Positions 25,255-35,642 of a stretch of 64,000 nucleotides of DNA are shown here, in pieces. Source of the stretch: Azolla caroliniana (Eukaryota > Plantae > Polypodiophyta); assembly GCA_043228905.1 (NCBI GenBank), contig JBHGNT010000004.1, positions 20,336,001 through 20,400,000 of the forward strand, in the 5' to 3' direction. The translations under genes and the position numbers were made by a program. The number at the start of each line of letters is the position of its first letter. Within the stretch, counting starts at the first letter, position 1. The notes beneath the pieces are model-generated. The model made no database searches, was not told the origin of the DNA, and saw only the letters and a program-made list of their open reading frames with translations.

Positions 25255-25875
25255 TGAGGTTCATGAGGGTTGTAAGATGTGGTTGGATACCTTCTAATGT
25301 TTTTTACATGGTATTGGGGTCAACGTTGGGGGTTAATATTTCCAATGTAGTATCCCAATTTTGAAAATTTGACGTCTTGCCACTTCATCCTTAGTGCCTC
25401 TATTAATAGATTCTCGACGATCTCATATTTCATAGCATCACATGAGAGCTCCAATAGATCTTTTACTCCCCATGTGTTAAACCATTTCATTTTATCAAGC
25501 ATCTAACGAGATGAAAGGAATTTTCTCTTATTAGTCTTTTGTAACTTGCATCCTATGTCCCTAGCAAGTTTTGGCAATATGTGATTAGGAATATTCTCGA
25601 CTTTGTGATATACTTGTTTATTCTTTGTAGCACCTTATTTTAATAGCATGACATGATATGACGCTGAGGATTTTGGCCCCAATTGTCCACATAGGGACAA
25701 TGTTTCGGATTTTCTCTATTTCATTTCATGAACTAAGTGAGAGATAGTGGTACCCCACACTTCCACTCCATAAAGCAACACTTGGATCACTATCTCATGG
25801 AATAACATCAATCTCACTTCCTATCCTAGAGTATCAATTTGGTTAAATAGATGCTCAAACATATAATAACATACA
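25255..25875 (-). mobile_element. Degenerate non-LTR retrotransposon RT C-terminal fragment (different family from the L1 copy)
   Basis: Minus strand near 25790-25748 reads 'VIQVLLYGVEVWGT', a conserved post-RT LINE motif; frame broken elsewhere. Confidence 0.65.
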
Positions 25876-26279
25876 TAACAATCGACAATGGTTTGGTTCG
25901 GTTGAGGGGGTCAAAACCGAACCGTTTAAAAATTTTGAAACTTGAACCGAACTGAACCACGAAACAATTAAACCGAACCATTAGAAATTTTCAAACCGTT
26001 AAAACCGTGGTTTCGTGGTTCGGTTTCGGTTTTCAACTTAGGTCAAATTTTGATTTTTAAAATTTTAAATTAAAAATATTCCATTATTTTAAATTTTTTA
26101 AAATTTAAAGATGTCTAAAAATGAAAAGATTGTTTAAAAACAATTTTTCTTAAATAAAAATAAAAATAAACCGTTAAACCGCAGTTTTTGACTGTTGAAA
26201 CCGAACCGTTAAAAAAAACCTAAACCTGAACCAAACCGATAAACCATTAAGCCACGGTTTCACGATTTGATGATTGTTA
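25876..26279. mobile_element. Non-autonomous hAT-like MITE with AAACCG/CGGTTT subterminal motifs
   Basis: TIRs TAACAATCGACAA / TTGATGATTGTTA; 8-bp TSD AACATACA (25868-25875) / AACATTCA (26280-26287); many (A)AACCG motifs. Confidence 0.8.
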
Positions 26280-27390
26280 AACATTCATTCAACCTATTTG
26301 TCGATTGGACAAAATAGAATAGAATATTTTTATTGTCTATGATGAGGACAATTTAGAGAGATGGATAGATAGATTCTATTATTGTCTTCGGAGGTCAAAT
26401 ATGACCTATAAGAGAGTATTTAGAAAACCACAACTCCAAGAACGAGAAGAACCATTGAGAGGAGCTAACTCTTCAACTTATACAACTTGGGTGCTTGCAT
26501 TTTTTCTTTGTTCCCTTTCACACTTGTGGGAATGTAAAACCCTGTCCTACATTCTTCCATGTCTTTCCTTCCTAACAGAGTGCCAATGGCAATGAAGCAT
26601 ACGAAAGGTACATAACAGAAAATAAACAAAAAGAGACATAAATAAGGCAATTTGGGCATAACTAGCAAGAATCCTTCAATCACTTTAATAATGAAGCCAT
26701 GATTTGTTGTGTTGGAGAAGCCATTTCGTTACAAGTCACATAGTTACAATTTCTTTACCAAGGATCTGACATTTGAGTCACTTTGGTCTCTTTTGCCCAC
26801 CACAAATTCCCTTGCTAATGCAGGGATATGAGGACAGAAAGTTTCCTTTAGAACTGGAAGCTTCAGCTTTAGAAAGGCTCGATGAAAGAGAAACTCAAAG
26901 AATGAAAGAGCAGTGGTTGAAGGGTAAAAGCAATACCTTGATAAAGGGCGATGAAAGGAAATTAACATTACTACAAGTAGCTTGTTCCCCCACACAATTT
27001 ATCTTCATCTCTTAATTAATAAGCATGTGTTTCACATAAACCACAAAAAATGGATATAAGCCACAAAAAAGACCAAACACAATGGGAGTCTGTCAATCCA
27101 ACGTCACTGTTAACCAAAATGCTTTACTATGTAACGTTTTTCACCAGTTAGGTTAGCAATAAAAATTAAAAATTTCTTTGCCAATGATTTGCTACCACAT
27201 GAAGTGTCAATTCAGCCTTATTTGCATGCATAAATCTCCAACTCATAATGTAAAACCCTAACTCATTGAGCAATATATTAGTTCACCTATTTATACGTGA
27301 ACTAGGTTGACAGTATAGCAAGTGAGAATATGGACCTTTTTTTCACGGAACCAATTTCTTCTATTATCCAATACATGGTAATGCATCGTA

Positions 27391-27679
27391 TCCACAATAA
27401 TTCAATGTTGATCAAGGCTTCAGTGACTTGACATTAAATAAATTGAGCATTGACACCCCAACTACAAGAGCATTTTTGTCCATTTTCCAATGCATGGATG
27501 GAAGCACATTCTGTCAATCTCTCCAGACAATATCTCCACGATAATTCAATGTTGATCAAGGCTTCAGTGACTTGACATTAAATAAATTGGCTATTGACAC
27601 CCCAACCACGAGCATTTTTGTCCATTTTCCAATGCATGGATGGAAGCACATTCTGTCAATCTCTCCAGACAATATCTCC
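27391..27679. repeat. Two-copy tandem duplication, unit ~144 bp, downstream of the PPR stop codon
   Basis: TCCAC(A/G)ATAATTCAATGTTGATCAAGGCTTCAGTGACTTG... at 27391 and 27535, near identical. Confidence 0.92.
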
Positions 27680-28028
27680 TCGAGTTGTTCATAGGACATT
27701 TTAGACCCTTTGAGACGTGGATACAACTTTCTTTTCATTCGCTCTTTCTCAAGAAGAAAAACAACAGGGTTGGTCTAGCATGGAAATATCACTGAAGCGA
27801 TGGGCATCTAAATATAACATTTGAGTATTTGCCTACAACACAGCAACAATCTCTCACTGTCTTCGCTGTCATATACAAGTGCCCATCTAGCTTTTGACCT
27901 TGGTCTCCACATGTTATCAATTTCCATTTCATCTGGAACGTTAGTGAGCACATCACAAGAATCAAAATGGAGATCCTTTCAGCTTTTGGCTCTCAATATA
28001 AATCTGATTAATAAACATTTGCCATGTC

Positions 28029-31000
28029 TTATTTTGCATGTTCCTTTCTCATTTCGTCAAATTTTTTTGATTCCTCCCATGTGTGTACATCAGCATACAT
28101 GTTAGACATCAAGACAAATGCTCCTGCATGCGTTTGATCCAGCTGCAATGCATATTCAAAAACCTCTTGAGCAATGTCTGCATCTTTCCATTTCCGACAT
28201 GCACCTAAGATGGTATTAAATGTAGAATCATTAGGTTCAAAAGACATTCGCTTCAACAGTTTCAAGGCATCTTGGAGTCTTCCACCACGAGCAAGAAGAT
28301 CAAGCATACAATTGTGATGCTTGATGGATGAAGGAACACCATACTCATTCATACTTTCAAAGTACTCTTGGGCCCTATCTATGAAACCTCCATGATTACA
28401 TGCTGTAAGGACACATAAGAAGGTAACTGCATCTGGTCTTGTAGTCTCCTTCATCCTCTCAAATGTATATAGTGCATATTCACACTCACCTTGACGTGAA
28501 TATCCTATTATCAATGCATTCCACATGGTAGGATCTTTAACGGGCATGGATTCAAATAGCTGTTGTGCAGAGCTCATTCCACCACATTTCCCATACATAT
28601 CGATAATTGCAGTTGCCAAAATCACTTCACTTTCCTGAAGATGTCCACATCGACAACACAATGCACATATTTTCTCCCCTAACTTTAGAGAAGCCATATT
28701 ACCACATGCTTCTATGATACTTACAAAAGTTGCACTGTCTCCAAGCATGCCCTGTTCTTGCATTTGTGCATACATCAAAATAACCATCTCATTTTCCCCT
28801 TGCTCAGCACAGCCAAGAAGCATGGTATTCCATGAAATTGTATCCGGCATAACCCCTTCAAGCTGCATCTCTTTAAAACATTTCAATGCCTCTTGACAGA
28901 AACCTTTCTCTAGATAGCCCCCTATCAATGGGTTCCATGAGGCAGTGTCTCGAAGAGGCAAATGATTTGAGACCATTTTTGCTTCTAGAAAGGCACCATG
29001 CTTGGTATACATATTTACTAAAGAGTTGCAAACTAGAGAATCTGATTCAAACCCCTTCTTTATTATTTCAACATATAATTCTTGTCCAAAATCCATGGCT
29101 CCTAGATTTGTACAAGCCTTCACACACTGAAGATATGTGACATTATCTGGGTTAACATCCCGGAGTTGCATATCTTTCAAGCATGCTAACGCTTGGTGAT
29201 CCTTCCCATGTTCAGCATAACCCCCAATCAATGCATTCCATGATAAGATATCTTGAGTAGAAAACGTTGTAAACACTTTTTTTGCTTCCATAAGAAAACC
29301 ACATACTGCATACATATCTACTAAAGTAGCACAAAGAAAAGCATGGCTTTGGAACCCTAATTTGAGGATCTCATTGTGCATCTTCTGCCCCATGTCAATG
29401 ACTCTTTGGCTACTACAAGCTTTCAGAATGGAAACATAAGTGATTTCATTTGGACAGACTCCCTCCAGTTGCATTTGTTCGCAACATCTCATTACATCTT
29501 CAAAGTGTGCAAACTCAGCATATGCTGTAATAAGAGCAGTCCATGAAACCACATTTCGAACAGGTAGCTCATCCAAAACTTCCTGTGCCTCAATGAGGGC
29601 ACCCCATTTGCCAAACATATCAACTACAGAGCTTCCAACAAATATATCACTCTCTAAACTCTCTTTAACGATTTCTATATACAATTCAAGACCCTTCTTG
29701 ACAAAGCCAATGCTGCTACAAGCTTTTAAGCCACAAATGAATGTGACAACATCTTGACAATTATCTTTCTTTTGCATGTGTTCCAAACAATCCAGCACCT
29801 CCTTGTGATGTCCATGCTCCGCATACCCTGCAATAAGTGAGCTCCAAGAGACACTGCTTTGATCCGACAATCCATCAATAACATGCTGGCTTTCTAGAAG
29901 GCATCCACACTTAGAGTACACATCGACTAGAACGTTTCCAATGAAAGAATCCTTTTCAAATCCATTCTTGATAATTTCTGCATGGAATTCAAAGCTTCTT
30001 TTTGCATCTTCCATGTTTGCACATGATCGGAGACCATGAATGAATGTGGTGATATTCATGCATGTGCCATTTAACTTCATCTGGTCTATACATTTCAGAG
30101 CTTCTTCAAAGAGCTCATATTCATTTAGGCCTCCAATAAGGGAATTCCATGATAATACATCCTTTACTAACAGGTTATCAAACACAAATCGTGCTTCAGC
30201 AAACAAATTAACCTCAGCATACATCCTTATCAATGCATTGCTAATCGAGGAACTCCCTTCTAATCCTCTCTTGATTGCCAATACATGAACCTGAAATCCG
30301 GATTTGATATCTTTCGCGTTTCCACAACCATTCAAAATGCAAACAAAGGTCAGTGCATCAGCAGATGTGCCATCTGCTTGCATTTTTTCTAAGCAACTCA
30401 GTGCTTCTTCACAAAAACCATGTTCAACATAACCTGCAATTAGAGTGGTCCATGACACTACATCACGCGTAGTGAGCTCATCAAATACTTGACATGTCTC
30501 CTTAAAAGATCCGCATTTCATATACATATCCATCAGTATGCTTCCAAGAAACGTATCCTTTTCAAATCCTTGCTTGATTATTTGTGAATGTATTTCCTGG
30601 CCGACATGCAAATCACCTATACTTGCACAAGCTTTCAAGCAAGAAACAAATGTAATCTCATTGGGAGATATATTATTGGTTCTCATGCTTTTCAAACAAT
30701 TCAAGGCTTCTTCCCCAAGATTGTGTTGTAAGTACCCTGCAATCAATGCATTCCACGAAACTGTATTACATGTGGGGAGCTCGGAGAGAAGTTCTCTTGC
30801 ATCTGCAAGAAGACCATATCTTGCATACATACTAACCAATGTACTACCCACAAATGAATCACTCTCCAACCCATCATTGATAATATTATAATGTATTTTT
30901 TGGCCCATATCTATCGATCCTAAGTTTATGCAGGATTTCAAGCACCACACATATGTGACCCTATCTGGTGTCACACCCTCTCTTTGCATCTGTTTAAAAC

Positions 31001-32420
31001 AGTTCAAAGCTTCCTCATTCAGCCCCTTTTCAGAATACCCTCCAATCAATGCGGTCCACACGAAAACATCTTTATCTTGAACTTCTTCAAAGACACTAAG
31101 TGCCTCTATAGGCAAGCCAATTTTCATATATACATCTACCAATGTACTGCGAACAAAAGAATCGTTCTCATGACCTTCTTTGATAATATCAAAATGAAGC
31201 TCTCTTACTCTTCCGAGGCACCTCATTTCAATACACGCTTTTAAGAGGGTCAAATAAGTGCACACACTGGGATGTATACAATCTTCTTGCATATTTTGAA
31301 GCAGCTTGAATGCATACTGTAGCTTTCCAATGTTGATATATCCTTGGAGAAGATGAGTCCAAACATACTCATTACGAAATACTAACTTATTGAAAACAAG
31401 TTGAGCATCAAATATGCTTCCACATTCTACAAATATGGCCACAAACTGATCTTCAAGAACCTTATCAAGCCCCACCCCACAAATTTGTTGATGGATTTTC
31501 TTGGCCAAGGCCAGATCTTTCTTTTTCCTAATATCCTGAAGGCTGTAAGGAAACCCTTCAGACAGAAAGATAGGAATCTCTGGCTCCAAATCATTCAGAT
31601 TTGCATGATTCTGAATGCTCTTTTCTTCCTTCACATTGTTCAAATTCATATACTTCTCAATGCTCATTGTTTGATCCCTATCCTTCATTTCTAAATGGCC
31701 ATGAATAGTCTTTTCTTGCTCCAAAGTCTTCAAAATCGCATGCTCTCGAATGCTCTTTTCTTTGTGCAAATCCTCCACACTTAAAGCATTTTGACACTCC
31801 AAATTGTTCAAATTGGTATGATCCTGATAGTACCATTCTTGCTCTGAAACAACCAAATTGATATGCTTTTCAATGGTCTTTTCTCGTTCCAAATCCTTAA
31901 ATTTTAAATGCTCCTGAATGTTCTTTTCTTGCTCCGCATCCTTTAATTTTACATGCTTATAGATAGTCTTACAGTTCTTCAAATTTACATGCTTATAAAT
32001 TCTCTTACTATCCTTCAAATTGGCAAGCTTCTGGATGATCTTAATATCTTTCAAATTTGCCTGTTCCTGATGAGTTTTAATATCCTTCAAATCTACATGA
32101 TCCTGAATTCTCTTGATATCCTTCAAAGGTAGATACTCCTGAATGGTTTTAATATCTTTCAAGCCTACACATTCCTCATAGGTCTTCATATCCTTCAAAT
32201 CTCCATGATCCTTACTGGCTCTGCCTTTCAAATTTGCATGTTTTTGAATGCTCTTTTCACCCACTATTGATGCCCTCACATCCCGCACTACATCTGCATT
32301 CCTCGCTGCCTCCTTGATGCCAAATACTCGTATTCTTTTAGATTTTGTTGGGTTAATCTCGGCGTGTGCATTCCACTCCATCCATGTTTGGGCAGACGGC
32401 GGATGGCCGAGTCCTATCAT
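28029..32420 (-). CDS. PLS-class pentatricopeptide repeat protein (PLS-E type, no DYW domain), probable organellar RNA-editing specificity factor; 1463 aa, intronless
   Basis: About ten P-L-S triplets ('DVVSWTTLIAGYVEHG..EEAL.CLEKMQ.DG...D..TFVCIL..C', 'F.GS.LVDMY.KCG'), ending in P2-L2-S2-E1-E2 ('PDAVTFLCVLTACNHGG', 'HHNCMLDLLARGG', 'ILGACRKW', 'AFVLMSNMYA'). Confidence 0.95.
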   Translation of the reverse strand: MIGLGHPPSAQTWMEWNAHAEINPTKSKRIRVFGIKEAARNADVVRDVRASIVGEKSIQKHANLKGRASKDHGDLKDMKTYEECVGLKDIKTIQEYLPLKDIKRIQDHVDLKDIKTHQEQANLKDIKIIQKLANLKDSKRIYKHVNLKNCKTIYKHVKLKDAEQEKNIQEHLKFKDLEREKTIEKHINLVVSEQEWYYQDHTNLNNLECQNALSVEDLHKEKSIREHAILKTLEQEKTIHGHLEMKDRDQTMSIEKYMNLNNVKEEKSIQNHANLNDLEPEIPIFLSEGFPYSLQDIRKKKDLALAKKIHQQICGVGLDKVLEDQFVAIFVECGSIFDAQLVFNKLVFRNEYVWTHLLQGYINIGKLQYAFKLLQNMQEDCIHPSVCTYLTLLKACIEMRCLGRVRELHFDIIKEGHENDSFVRSTLVDVYMKIGLPIEALSVFEEVQDKDVFVWTALIGGYSEKGLNEEALNCFKQMQREGVTPDRVTYVWCLKSCINLGSIDMGQKIHYNIINDGLESDSFVGSTLVSMYARYGLLADARELLSELPTCNTVSWNALIAGYLQHNLGEEALNCLKSMRTNNISPNEITFVSCLKACASIGDLHVGQEIHSQIIKQGFEKDTFLGSILMDMYMKCGSFKETCQVFDELTTRDVVSWTTLIAGYVEHGFCEEALSCLEKMQADGTSADALTFVCILNGCGNAKDIKSGFQVHVLAIKRGLEGSSSISNALIRMYAEVNLFAEARFVFDNLLVKDVLSWNSLIGGLNEYELFEEALKCIDQMKLNGTCMNITTFIHGLRSCANMEDAKRSFEFHAEIIKNGFEKDSFIGNVLVDVYSKCGCLLESQHVIDGLSDQSSVSWSSLIAGYAEHGHHKEVLDCLEHMQKKDNCQDVVTFICGLKACSSIGFVKKGLELYIEIVKESLESDIFVGSSVVDMFGKWGALIEAQEVLDELPVRNVVSWTALITAYAEFAHFEDVMRCCEQMQLEGVCPNEITYVSILKACSSQRVIDMGQKMHNEILKLGFQSHAFLCATLVDMYAVCGFLMEAKKVFTTFSTQDILSWNALIGGYAEHGKDHQALACLKDMQLRDVNPDNVTYLQCVKACTNLGAMDFGQELYVEIIKKGFESDSLVCNSLVNMYTKHGAFLEAKMVSNHLPLRDTASWNPLIGGYLEKGFCQEALKCFKEMQLEGVMPDTISWNTMLLGCAEQGENEMVILMYAQMQEQGMLGDSATFVSIIEACGNMASLKLGEKICALCCRCGHLQESEVILATAIIDMYGKCGGMSSAQQLFESMPVKDPTMWNALIIGYSRQGECEYALYTFERMKETTRPDAVTFLCVLTACNHGGFIDRAQEYFESMNEYGVPSSIKHHNCMLDLLARGGRLQDALKLLKRMSFEPNDSTFNTILGACRKWKDADIAQEVFEYALQLDQTHAGAFVLMSNMYADVHTWEESKKFDEMRKEHAK

Positions 32421-34129
32421 TTTCTTTGTTTTCTAATAGATACCGTAAAGATTCAACCCATTCCTCACATGCTATCCTTTTATTTCCAACCCTCCTCTCT
32501 GAGACCTAAGCCTATCTTCTTCTTCTTCTTCTTCTTCTTTTCTCATAGACGCATCCACAGTTCCTCCAATCAGTGCAAACTCCTCCCTCCGTTAAGCCTC
32601 ATCAGCAGGACCAGTAAAATTGGAACAGGACAGCGATCAACATGTGTTCAGGAGCTCTGGTCTTTTGATAGAAATTGGGGGGGAGGGGGGGTTTCTTTCT
32701 TTTGATGACTAAAAAGAGTCGTTTACTCAAAACAGGGGGTCATTCAGAACGTTGGTCAAAATAGGAAAGGCATCTCTATCTATCTATCTATCTATCTATG
32801 CTTTTGGTTAAGAGTAAAAACGAGTGAAGGTTACATACATGGCATCTAGGGATCGGCAATGGCCCGGCTCAAGCCTTAACCGGTTTAAAACAGCTTAGCG
32901 GCTCGGCTTGGTTTAGGCTTGAGCCTATGTAAACGGTTTGAGCTCGGCTCAAGCCTTGCCAAACCAGCTCAAACCGTTTAAGCCATCTAACTCGTTTAAT
33001 AATTAGGGTTTAAAAAGTTAGAAATTAGACAGTCAGAAGTTAGAAGTTAGAATTTGAAAGTTGAGAGAGAGACCGACAAGAAGTGTTGAGAATAAAGCTC
33101 AACTTGTGTGAACATGTGCTTATGAAGAAAAGGACGATGTCGCGAAGTTTCGCGCGTGCGTGTAGGAGGAGGCGGGACCACGGGGGTCTTGGACCAAGGA
33201 GAGAGTGAGAGAGAAAGAGAGAGTTGCAGACACACAGAAAGAAAATAAGATCAAGAAACAGGAATCCGATTACTATAATCAGTAGCTTACAACTCGAACG
33301 GTTACAACCGGCAAACCGGTAATGGACCTAACACATGGTCCTACTCACGCACACAGACGACAACCACTCGACTCAAAGAAACAAAAAGGGGGGAGAGAGC
33401 CTCTGCTGGAAGCACACGGGCTGTCCACGAAGCAGAGGCAGCGAACTCCCGACACCCACAGAGAACGACGATCGGAGGAGAGAGAGCTCGGCCCTCGGTT
33501 TTGCAGCAGCACTTCGTCCTCGCCAACGCGCGATACCCTTTCTTCCTTCTCTCCCTCCTTAAATAGTTCGCAAAGGGGAGACCATTCTTCCCTAGTCAAA
33601 TCGCTTTATTCCCTATCCCTTTCGATAGAGATACGCACCAATCCTCTAATAAATATGTACTACCTAGTATTTACATCAGCCGACATAATAATGAATTATG
33701 TCCAAAATATCAATTCTCGCATCCACCTACGTAAGAGCCGGTTCATGCGCCTTTCTCTCTGATTCCGCCTATGGTTGGTTTTCTTCACGACATCCACCCC
33801 CACCAAACCGCGCATCCACTAGCATGCGCCAGGGATGGGTAGATACCGAAGAAAACCGGCTTCAGTTGTCAGTCTCCGATTCTTCGCCGGGCCTGAACCG
33901 GTCGTCGTCATCGCTCTCGCTCGCTGGCTCCGGCTCGTCTTCGAACTGCTTCTTGAACGCTTTGATCCGCTTCCCAGCCACCGGTACCGCTAACCGTGTC
34001 CTGCCGAGTTCCGCGAGGTGGTACGTGTCGTTGTCGTTCGTGCTCGTCACCATGTACGGCCCGAATCATCTCCTAGCGAACTTTTGCACCACCTTGTGTT
34101 GATTGTCGGGGCTGTTGTCGTATACCATG

Positions 34130-35603
34130 GCGATTCCCAACACCTCCCGCAACGACAACTCCACTTTACTATTAAGGATCCGCTCTTCAAGGACCTTCCA
34201 TAGGTCCGTTGCTCTCTCGATTTCGGTGCTCAACCGAAACCCCGCTTGCTTCTTCCCATCCGGCGTGCCTGGGTTGCCGGCACCGGTCGGTTTTGTCCGA
34301 ACTGGGTCTCGTACCTCTGCGGGGGACTGACCCCTCCGGCCTTTCCTACCCGTTTTTCTTCCACCAGAACCTCGTAGTTCTGGCAAGCGGCTTCTACGAA
34401 GCCCGTTTTCTCTTCGACCGGATCGTCCCATCCGGTGACCTCCTAGACCCGCTGTTCCGCGCGGTCCGCCTCTTCCTTCTTTAGCCGAACTCCAGAGAGG
34501 CCTTCTAGCACTAGCGGCCAGAATCCGGAGTCCTTCGCCTTCCGGGTCTCATCACCCTCAACCCGAATTCCCGCCGACACTGAGTAGTTAACGGCTTCTA
34601 CATGCCCTGCTACGGCCTCTTCCATCAACCTCTTCATTCCACCGCGCCCCGTATTCAGTTCTAGGGCTCTCCGGGTCTCACTCGCGTGCACCCGCCCGTT
34701 CCAGAGGTACACCACGTTGGTCCTGAGTGCGTTGGCGAAATCCACGCAATCCTTCCGAATGTGACTGATCGCGTCACATCGCGTCACACCACATGCACTG
34801 CTGCCTCGCCGTTGTCTCTCCGGGCCTGTGCGATCTGCAGGTCGCGCATCATCTGTGTCAGCTCCTCCGGATGGGCCTCTAACCATGTCGTTTGATGCCG
34901 ACCCCGACTCCAGCCAAATTCAGGTCTCTTCCTTCCTACCGGCTCCTCGAGCCTCCTCGCTGGGACCGGTCCGGACTCCGACGAGCTTTCGTCGCTCCAC
35001 TCGCGCTGTTTGTCGAAATGGCTGCAGACCCATTTTACCACGGCCCAGTCTGCCATGAGCCCTCCGTCCGTCTCCAATAGGGGACCCACCTTTTCCCTAC
35101 CGAGCGCGTTCACCGACTTGACAAACAATAGTACTTGACTCGTTTCGAGCACGGTCTGGTCCAACGTCGACAGCTGCGCGAATCGTTTTTCGAACTCTTG
35201 GAGGAGCGCCAACGTGTTCCTCCCCTTTCTAGGGCTTTCCACCCACGCCATGAAGTCCCACTTCGATAGCCGAAGCGAGTCATCAAACCCGTATTTCTCG
35301 AGGAGCTGCAGCTCGAACTCCTCCCAAGTCTGGCATCCGGCCAGCACCTCTAGCACCTCCGCGTGGATGCTCGGCGTCACCACCTGAGGGAATCCGGACA
35401 ACCGCCTGTCCATCGGGATATCCCTCATGATCATTTCAGCCCGGTAGGCCTCCAAATAACTTGTGGGATTCTTCCCACCGAATCGGCCTATGCTGCTGAC
35501 GATCGATTCAATGGCTCTGTCGAGGGTACTCGTCCCCTCGCGAGCACTCACCAACCGGTCGACGGCTACCGCCATTGCCTCTGCCAGCTCTGATCCCCTC
35601 ATC
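34130..35603 (-). pseudogene. Frameshifted gag-like region of the inner Gypsy-type element
   Basis: 'IGRFGGKNPTSYLEAYRAEM...TWEEFELQLLEKYGFDD', knuckle remnant 'CDAISHIRKDC', and 'FRLSTEIERATDLWKVLEERILNSKVELSLREVLGIA' (resembles the DUF4100-type segment; inference). Confidence 0.7.
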
Positions 35604-35623
35604 TTCCGACTCCTTTGCCGCCT

Positions 35624-35642
35624 ATTCACGTCGGGTTCACCA
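35624..35642 (-). other. Primer binding site complementary to the 3' end of tRNA-Trp
   Basis: Plus strand ATTCACGTCGGGTTCACCA matches, from memory, the 3' end of plant cytosolic tRNA-Trp(CCA) including the CCA tail; lies 4 nt inside the 5' LTR of the minus-strand element. Confidence 0.8.

Noticed and set aside
27556-28028. Possible decayed DYW domain after the PPR stop
   Set aside because: No PG box, HxE or CxxC motif found in the frames inspected; the small ORF overlaps a tandem duplication.
28714-32436. Plus-strand ORFs overlapping the PPR gene (likewise those overlapping CalS and BPC)
   Set aside because: Antisense shadows of long coding sequences with no recognisable motifs.
33322-33762. 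Duplicated 146/169-aa ORFs (also 35831-36340)
   Set aside because: They lie inside the two LTRs of the inner element; GC-rich spurious frames.
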